29,146 bases of DNA from Candidatus Woesearchaeota archaeon. GTDB taxonomy: Archaea; Nanobdellota; Nanobdellia; Woesearchaeales; SKGA01. This document shows positions 24,033 to 29,146 of this stretch, piece by piece. Within the stretch, counting starts at the first letter, position 1. The number at the start of each line of letters is the position of its first letter. Where the stretch lies: positions 1 through 29,146 of the forward strand of contig JAFGOT010000019.1 of the NCBI GenBank assembly GCA_016926395.1. The letters are read 5' to 3'. Below the pieces are notes generated by a model. It was given only the letters and a program-made list of their open reading frames with translations. It made no database searches and was not told where the DNA came from. A program made the position numbers and the translations under genes.

Positions 24033-24618
24033 GAATCACTCCGTGTTTATTTGCGTACATTGTGGAGTGTCCTTCTATAATTCTATTCAGTTCAGTAAAT
24101 TTAGGTGTTACTCCTATTAATAATTTACGTACTTTTTCTAAATTAGGTGTTTGCTTAAATTTAGAATCCAATGGGCTAGTTATTACTTCATTGAATTTGT
24201 ATTCTCTATTGCCAAAGTATTCAATCATCGAGATTAGTGTTGAAAAAACTTCTTTTGAGTACAAATGTCCAAATAATAGTTGTTTACTATGATCTTTTTC
24301 GATTATTGCAGCTAACCCCATACAATCTGCTAATTCTTCTGTAAGAAATCTTGGGTTGTCATCTAGTTTCTGTATTAGTTGGTGTTTGTAGCCTCTTCTC
24401 CCTAAAAATCCCGTCCCATTTGCTAGGATTGCAGGGTCTGAGCCCGCTATTCTTGTTATGCTAAATATTTGTGTTGCAAAATACCAATTTTTTATTTCTG
24501 CGACTCTTTTACTGCTGTTTACTATTCTATATGATTCTATAACTTTTTCTGCTAGTTCAGATGCTTTGTGCATTTCTTCTCTTAATTGTTCTACTTGTTT
24601 TGTCTCTGTAGTTATCAT
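23995..24618 (-). CDS. Hypothetical protein, possible CheD/CNF1/YfiH-fold Cys-His deamidase
   Basis: FLTEELADCMGLAAII..LLFGHLY resembles the T.GL.SC..V....G.AH core. The CDS is secure; the fold call is tentative. Confidence 0.7.
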   Translation of the reverse strand: MITTETKQVEQLREEMHKASELAEKVIESYRIVNSSKRVAEIKNWYFATQIFSITRIAGSDPAILANGTGFLGRRGYKHQLIQKLDDNPRFLTEELADCMGLAAIIEKDHSKQLLFGHLYSKEVFSTLISMIEYFGNREYKFNEVITSPLDSKFKQTPNLEKVRKLLIGVTPKFTELNRIIEGHSTMYANKHGVILGNNTYQLWKND

Positions 24619-24659
24619 ATTTCTAAGAAGTATTCTTTTATTTAAAAATCTTATTTAAT

Positions 24660-25241
24660 TTACTCCTCTTTGATAGTAATTCCAACAAGAACTAACCAAA
24701 GTGTTGCAAGAGTAAAGAAGTAGATTTCCATGATTAAGTTTATCCCACTTATTACCCTAATTCCAAGTGTTTCAATTCCCATTACTGATGGTAATTTGGA
24801 TCTAATCCAAGCAAGACTTTTATTTGATATTCTGCTAATCTTGTTAAATTTTATTGCTATTATTATCATACTAAGTGCTAAACCAAGTCCTGTGAATGTA
24901 TGGATTATCTTAAACAGTAATTGTTTGTCATTATATGGTGTCCAAATCATCATTAAACCAATAATAAAAGCCACTCCAATTAAGATTTTAGTTTCTTTAT
25001 TTGGTTCTCCAAAATGATTAAAAGCGCTATATATGAATAAAAGTAGGGCAATTCCTATTAGTGTTGCAAAAACCGTAAAATAGGGCATTATTTGGGGAAT
25101 ATTGACTATTGTGCTAAGAGGTTCTTCAAGAAACGAGCTTACTGGAAAAACTGTTGCTAATACAATTGTGCTGGTAAGGATAGTTCCTCCAAGTAGACTT
25201 CCAAAAAGGATTGGATATTTCATTTGTTTTTTTAGGTTCAA
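24660..25241 (-). CDS. Multi-pass membrane protein (5-6 TM)
   Basis: Alternating hydrophobic segments; WTPYN..IIHT segment, loosely DUF998-like. Confidence 0.75.
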   Translation of the reverse strand: MNLKKQMKYPILFGSLLGGTILTSTIVLATVFPVSSFLEEPLSTIVNIPQIMPYFTVFATLIGIALLLFIYSAFNHFGEPNKETKILIGVAFIIGLMMIWTPYNDKQLLFKIIHTFTGLGLALSMIIIAIKFNKISRISNKSLAWIRSKLPSVMGIETLGIRVISGINLIMEIYFFTLATLWLVLVGITIKEE

Positions 25242-25276
25242 TACCTTTTTAAATAATGTGGTTTATTAATACTTAT

Positions 25277-25894
25277 ATGAAACCCCCTTCTTTGTCTAAG
25301 CATGAACTTCATGAGGAGCTTAAAGCTGAAGCAATAGCAGAATTTTTGGGCGAAGAAGAAGAGTTTCATCGAATTATTCATGAGGAAACCAGTCATTCAT
25401 ATAAGCAGTTTCTCATCTTTTTTGTTACTGCAGTAATACTAGGTTTGTTTGCTTCTTTTGCAATATTTTCTCCCGTTAATGCTGTTATTGAAGGGCAATT
25501 ACGTTCATCGACTTTAAACCACAACATAGTTATGTTTGGTGATTATTCTCTTTATTTTTCAAGATCGGTTGCTGATACTCTTCCCTCTTTGTATAATCAA
25601 AATCAAATTTCTAATGGTGTTGAATCTGCATATTGTTTGATTGGAGAATCAACAGGCAATAAAGCTTATGAAATAACGGGCATCTTATATCCAAAAATTT
25701 ATTCTCAAACTAGAACTCAGGTTAATTTTGCTCCTTGCCCTCCGGAAACTGTTGTCATGCTTCATACTCACCCCTATAAATCTTGTTTAGCTTCAGATGT
25801 TGATTTACAAACTCTAAAACAATCCCAAGTAAATAACAAAGATCTTCTGATGATTGTTATGTGCGAATCAATGCGTTTTACTGTTTATAGTTAA
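25277..25894 (+). CDS. Membrane-anchored JAB/MPN+ (JAMM) metalloprotease-like protein
   Basis: Intact JAMM motif E (VESAYCLIG) ... HTHPYKSCLASDVD = H-x-H-x7-S-x2-D. One TM (FLIFFVTAVILGLFASFAIF) after a His/Glu-rich N-terminus. ATG 25277 is preferred (TATA about 25 nt upstream). Confidence 0.82.
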   Translation: MKPPSLSKHELHEELKAEAIAEFLGEEEEFHRIIHEETSHSYKQFLIFFVTAVILGLFASFAIFSPVNAVIEGQLRSSTLNHNIVMFGDYSLYFSRSVADTLPSLYNQNQISNGVESAYCLIGESTGNKAYEITGILYPKIYSQTRTQVNFAPCPPETVVMLHTHPYKSCLASDVDLQTLKQSQVNNKDLLMIVMCESMRFTVYS

Positions 25895-25969
25895 TTTGCA
25901 TTGTTCGCGACCAATTATCTTTGATTATTGAGTATGGGAATCAATGCGTTTTACTGTTTATAGTTAATT
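25865..25969 (+). repeat. Exact 32-bp direct repeat separated by 41 bp, duplicating the 3' end of the JAMM gene
   Basis: gaatcaatgcgttttactgtttatagttaatt at 25865-25896 and 25938-25969. Confidence 0.9.
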
Positions 25970-26016
25970 AATTTCTATTCGTAGAGTATTTATACTAGTG
26001 CTCATATAATTTTAGC

Positions 26017-26523
26017 ATGGGATTAGAAGAAGAGTTTTCAAAGATTTATCTTGCTTCTCAGGCAGATGGTTTGATGTTATTTGTGAAAAATTCTAACCTC
26101 TATGTTTTTGATGGTAAGATGAACATTCATTTCTTTCCTTGTTCTACTTCTAAAAATGGTTTTGGATTTGAGCTTAATTCTCAAAAAACACCCTCTGGTC
26201 TCTTTCGTATTGCTCAAAAGATTGGCGATAAGCAGCCCTTGGGAATGGAGTTCATTGAAAGAAAGATTGCTGGTCTTGCTCACATTAACAGAACAAAAGC
26301 TCCTTTAGAATCAAAAGTTTTAACTAGAATACTTTGGCTTTCAGGTCTTGACAAAGAAAACTCTAACACACTTAACAGATTTATTTACATTCACGGAACT
26401 GCAAACGAGTGGGCGATTGGAACGCCAATCACAAATGGTTGTATTGTGATGAGAAACAATCATATTGTTCAACTTGTTGACATTGTTGTTGAAGGAACTT
26501 TAGTATATATTTTTGGTGAATAA
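26017..26523 (+). CDS. L,D-transpeptidase (YkuD) catalytic-domain protein
   Basis: KTPSGLFRI, LTRILWLSG, YIHGT..IGTPITNGCIVM, EGTLVYI; the catalytic His (HGT) and Cys (GC) are present. No signal peptide. Confidence 0.9.
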   Translation: MGLEEEFSKIYLASQADGLMLFVKNSNLYVFDGKMNIHFFPCSTSKNGFGFELNSQKTPSGLFRIAQKIGDKQPLGMEFIERKIAGLAHINRTKAPLESKVLTRILWLSGLDKENSNTLNRFIYIHGTANEWAIGTPITNGCIVMRNNHIVQLVDIVVEGTLVYIFGE

Positions 26524-26863
26524 TTTGGATGGATTAATCATAAAGAAACCTTGGATTGATAAAATACTTTCTGGCGAGAAGACTTGGGAACTTAGAGGGA
26601 GTGCTACTCACAAGCGAGGTCAAATAGCTTTAATTGAATCAGGTAGTGGTCTGGTTGTTGGCGAGGTTAAATTAGTAAATTGTTTAGGACCTTTAACTCA
26701 AAATCAATTCGAATCAAATGTTAAAAAACATTGTTCTTCACACTCTTTTTTAGAAATAAGTTACAAGAAAGTTTATGCTTGGGTGTTTGAAAAACCTTTT
26801 CGTTACAAAGAACCAAAACCTTACAAACATCCGCCTGGTGCAATAATCTGGGTTAAACTTTAA
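26513..26863 (+). CDS. ASCH domain (PUA-like) protein
   Basis: LIIKKPWIDKILSGEKTWELRG..GQIALIESG..VVGEV..YAWVFE, containing the GxKxxExR motif. Overlaps the L,D-transpeptidase stop. Confidence 0.9.
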   Translation: MVNNLDGLIIKKPWIDKILSGEKTWELRGSATHKRGQIALIESGSGLVVGEVKLVNCLGPLTQNQFESNVKKHCSSHSFLEISYKKVYAWVFEKPFRYKEPKPYKHPPGAIIWVKL

Positions 26864-27642
26864 GAAGCATGGTATTTGTATGCGTCAAAAATATATCTTT
26901 TATATTCATTAATTTCTTTTTTCCCAGATGCCCAAACTAATTTCCCACCATGATTTATGTGGTCAAGTCGTATGAATCTAATATCTCCATCCCAATCTCC
27001 TTGAAAACACCCATTTCGTATAAATATTAGTGCATCGTTAATTCTTGCAACTAATTCGTTTGGTTTGGTTTTTGACTGTACTACTTTGCTTGGTTCAATC
27101 CAACAAAAACCTCTTTTTTTTATGTTACCTTCCTCATCTTTGGGCATGTATCTGTCTTGAGAATAGAATGTGTATACTTTCTCAAGTCTATTCAAATTAA
27201 GGATTGGTTTTGCAACAAGTATGTTTCCTGTGGCATTTATTAATTCATAATCTCCATTCCAAAACTTTGGTTTTTTACCTTTTAATTTTAAAAATTGATT
27301 TGTTCCTTCAATGGGTATCGTTGGGTAGTATTTTTTATTGTGAATTTTATTCATTTGTTGCCAGCTAATCCACCCATTTCCTTTGTCAAAATAGATTACC
27401 TTTGGTTGTGCATAGTCTCTAGCTTCTATAATTGGAAGTTCTTTTGTTAGTTTCTCACTTACCTTAAGTGCCTCTTCTATTTGTTGTATGTTTTGAGGTT
27501 CGAGAGTTTCAAGTAGTTCTTTGTCTTTTACTGCCTGAGGATAGGTTAGTGTTTGAAATCTTAATCCTGTTTTTACTTCAGAAATGATTTGATTTATTGT
27601 TTTTGATGTTTGCAATTCTATGTCTAGAAGTTCTGTTATCAT
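26860..27642 (-). CDS. Hypothetical protein
   Basis: 260-aa ORF with minus-strand-typical composition; no family recognised. Confidence 0.7.
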   Translation of the reverse strand: MITELLDIELQTSKTINQIISEVKTGLRFQTLTYPQAVKDKELLETLEPQNIQQIEEALKVSEKLTKELPIIEARDYAQPKVIYFDKGNGWISWQQMNKIHNKKYYPTIPIEGTNQFLKLKGKKPKFWNGDYELINATGNILVAKPILNLNRLEKVYTFYSQDRYMPKDEEGNIKKRGFCWIEPSKVVQSKTKPNELVARINDALIFIRNGCFQGDWDGDIRFIRLDHINHGGKLVWASGKKEINEYKRYIFDAYKYHAS

Positions 27643-27751
27643 ATTATGGTTTGATTTATTTTCTTCTCCTTTTTATTATTTTCCTTGTGTTTTTAAATAG
27701 AAATATTTAATAAGCTTCTATCTTTTAAAACCGCTAGAAAGGGTGTATTGG

Positions 27752-29146
27752 GTGGAGATTTACAGAAAATTAATTAGTGATGTCTTTAAAGACTTTAATT
27801 CAACAAAACAAGGTCTTAGTTCTAAAAATATCCCTTCTCTTCAAAAGAAATATGGTTTAAACAAGCTAGAATCCAAAGGAGATATTAATTCAATAAAAAT
27901 ATTTTTTGATCAGTTCAAAAGTTTCATAATTTACATTCTTATTTTTGCTGTTGTTTTTTCTCTTGTTTTGGGGGAATATGTGGATGCAATTATTATTTTA
28001 ATAATTCTTATAGCTAATGCTATTATTGGTTTTGTCCAAGAGCTTAATGCCTATAAATCTCTTCAAGCGTTAAAGAACTTGCAAGTTGTTAAAACACGTG
28101 TTTATAGAAATAATAAATTAGTATTAATTGATGCGGTAAATCTTGTTCCTGGTGATGTGGTTTATCTAGAAGCCGGCGATCAAGTTCCTGCAGATATTAG
28201 ATTGATTGAAGCTACGCGATTAAAGGTTGAAGAATCTTCGCTCACTGGAGAAAGTATGCCTGTTCAAAAAAATGTTGATGTTCTTAAATTAAAATTAGCT
28301 CTTGGTGACCAAACAAACATGTTATTTTCATCAACCACTGTCGCATCTGGTTCTGCTTTAGGTGTTGTTGTTGCGACTGGTATGCAAACGGAAATTGGTA
28401 AAATTGCTTTAATGATTGATTCTGCTAAAAAAGAGATTACTCCTCTTCAAGGAAGGCTTGATAGTTTTGGTAAACGTCTAGGTTGGGTCATTATTGCAGT
28501 TTGCATTTTAGTGTTTGCATTATCTTTTGGTCAAGATTTATTTCGTAATGGTTACTCAATTAATGCTCTTTTTATGTTTCTTTTAATTGCTATAAGTTTG
28601 GCTGTTGCTGCTGTTCCCACTGCACTTCCTGCTGTTGTAACAATTGCTCTTAGTATTGGTGTAAAAAAATTATTGAAAAAAAATGCTTTAGTTAGAAAGT
28701 TATCTTCTGTTGAAACGCTTGGTAGTTGTGATATTGTTTGTAGTGATAAAACAGGAACGCTAACACGAAACGAAATGACTGTGCGTTATGCGTGGACTTT
28801 ATCTGGTGTTGCTAGTATTTCAGGAAATGGTTATTCTCCTATTGGAAAAATATCTAATACTCTTAACCCCTTGCTTTATGATATTGGCCGAGTATGCAAT
28901 AATGCTAGCCTTGATAATGTTAAATCTTCTTGGAAAATAACTGGCGATTCTACTGAAGCTGCACTTTTAGTTTCTGCTAAAAAAGCTAATTCAAACTCTT
29001 CTTACAAACGACTTGATGAACTCCCTTTTGATTCTTCAAGAAAACTCATGAGCGTTTTAGTTAGTTCTAAAAACTCTTTATTTACTTTTACTAAGGGGGC
29101 TCCCGATTCTGTTTTGAAACGCTGTACTCATGTTCTTATTAATAAT
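27752..29146 (+). CDS. P-type ATPase (P2A-like backbone), truncated by the window end; missing from the ORF track
   Basis: GTG 27752 follows GGGTG. My translation gives GLS..KYGLN, LVPGDVVYLEAGDQVPADIR, SLTGES, CSDKTGTLTRNEMTV (Asp codon 28745), GDSTEAAL, PFDSSRKLMS and KGAPD. TM4 reads AVPTALP instead of PEGL. Confidence 0.95.
   Translation, partial: MEIYRKLISDVFKDFNSTKQGLSSKNIPSLQKKYGLNKLESKGDINSIKIFFDQFKSFIIYILIFAVVFSLVLGEYVDAIIILIILIANAIIGFVQELNAYKSLQALKNLQVVKTRVYRNNKLVLIDAVNLVPGDVVYLEAGDQVPADIRLIEATRLKVEESSLTGESMPVQKNVDVLKLKLALGDQTNMLFSSTTVASGSALGVVVATGMQTEIGKIALMIDSAKKEITPLQGRLDSFGKRLGWVIIAVCILVFALSFGQDLFRNGYSINALFMFLLIAISLAVAAVPTALPAVVTIALSIGVKKLLKKNALVRKLSSVETLGSCDIVCSDKTGTLTRNEMTVRYAWTLSGVASISGNGYSPIGKISNTLNPLLYDIGRVCNNASLDNVKSSWKITGDSTEAALLVSAKKANSNSSYKRLDELPFDSSRKLMSVLVSSKNSLFTFTKGAPDSVLKRCTHVLINN

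Noticed and set aside
22262-24618. Idea that the putative deamidase activates the pseudo-receiver by converting Asn to Asp
   Set aside because: The pseudo-receiver also lacks the conserved Lys and one pocket Asp, so restoring one Asp would not rebuild the active site.
25865-25969. Minimal CRISPR array (32-bp repeat, 41-bp spacer)
   Set aside because: Only two copies, the first lies inside a coding sequence, similarity extends into the supposed spacer, and no cas gene is in the window.
23170-26283. Short ORFs at 23170, 24062, 24458, 24730 and 26077, and also 2058 and 6994 earlier in the window
   Set aside because: Antisense shadows of better-supported genes.
1-29146. rRNA, tRNA, integrase/transposase, prophage genes, alternative genetic code
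   Set aside because: No extended GC-rich RNA-like segment or cloverleaf was seen and no such protein motifs were found. TGA terminates full-length genes (for example at 7967 and 8346). tRNAscan-SE and Infernal were not run.

Overview
AT-rich window that most likely comes from a DPANN archaeon (Woesearchaeota/Pacearchaeota-like). The basis is archaeal TATA boxes ahead of many genes, GAGGTG-type ribosome-binding sites, oligo-T terminators, an AbrB-PhoU regulator, a DUF5752-like tail, a CxxC..CxxC zinc ribbon and sequon-rich surface proteins. Recognisable genes are a DEAD-box helicase, a P-loop kinase, a YecH-like protein, two CheY-like receivers, a JAMM protein, an L,D-transpeptidase, an ASCH protein and a 3'-truncated P-type ATPase that the ORF track misses. 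About 14 kb (8.4-22.3 kb) encodes a divergent cluster of six cell-surface proteins. The strongest candidate for an undescribed system has three linked parts. (1) A single-pass Ser/Thr kinase whose outer domain looks like a degenerate GH88 (alpha/alpha)6 barrel. (2) A convergent, strongly signalled gene for a secreted pre-pro-peptide with a 6-Cys core. (3) A GGGATAA box in the leaders of the peptide gene, a small AbrB-like gene and (three copies at exact 20-bp spacing) the likely major surface subunit. Together these suggest peptide signalling coupled to control of a surface structure. All family assignments come from motif recognition by eye; no database searches were run. No rRNA, tRNA, integrase, transposase or cas gene was seen.
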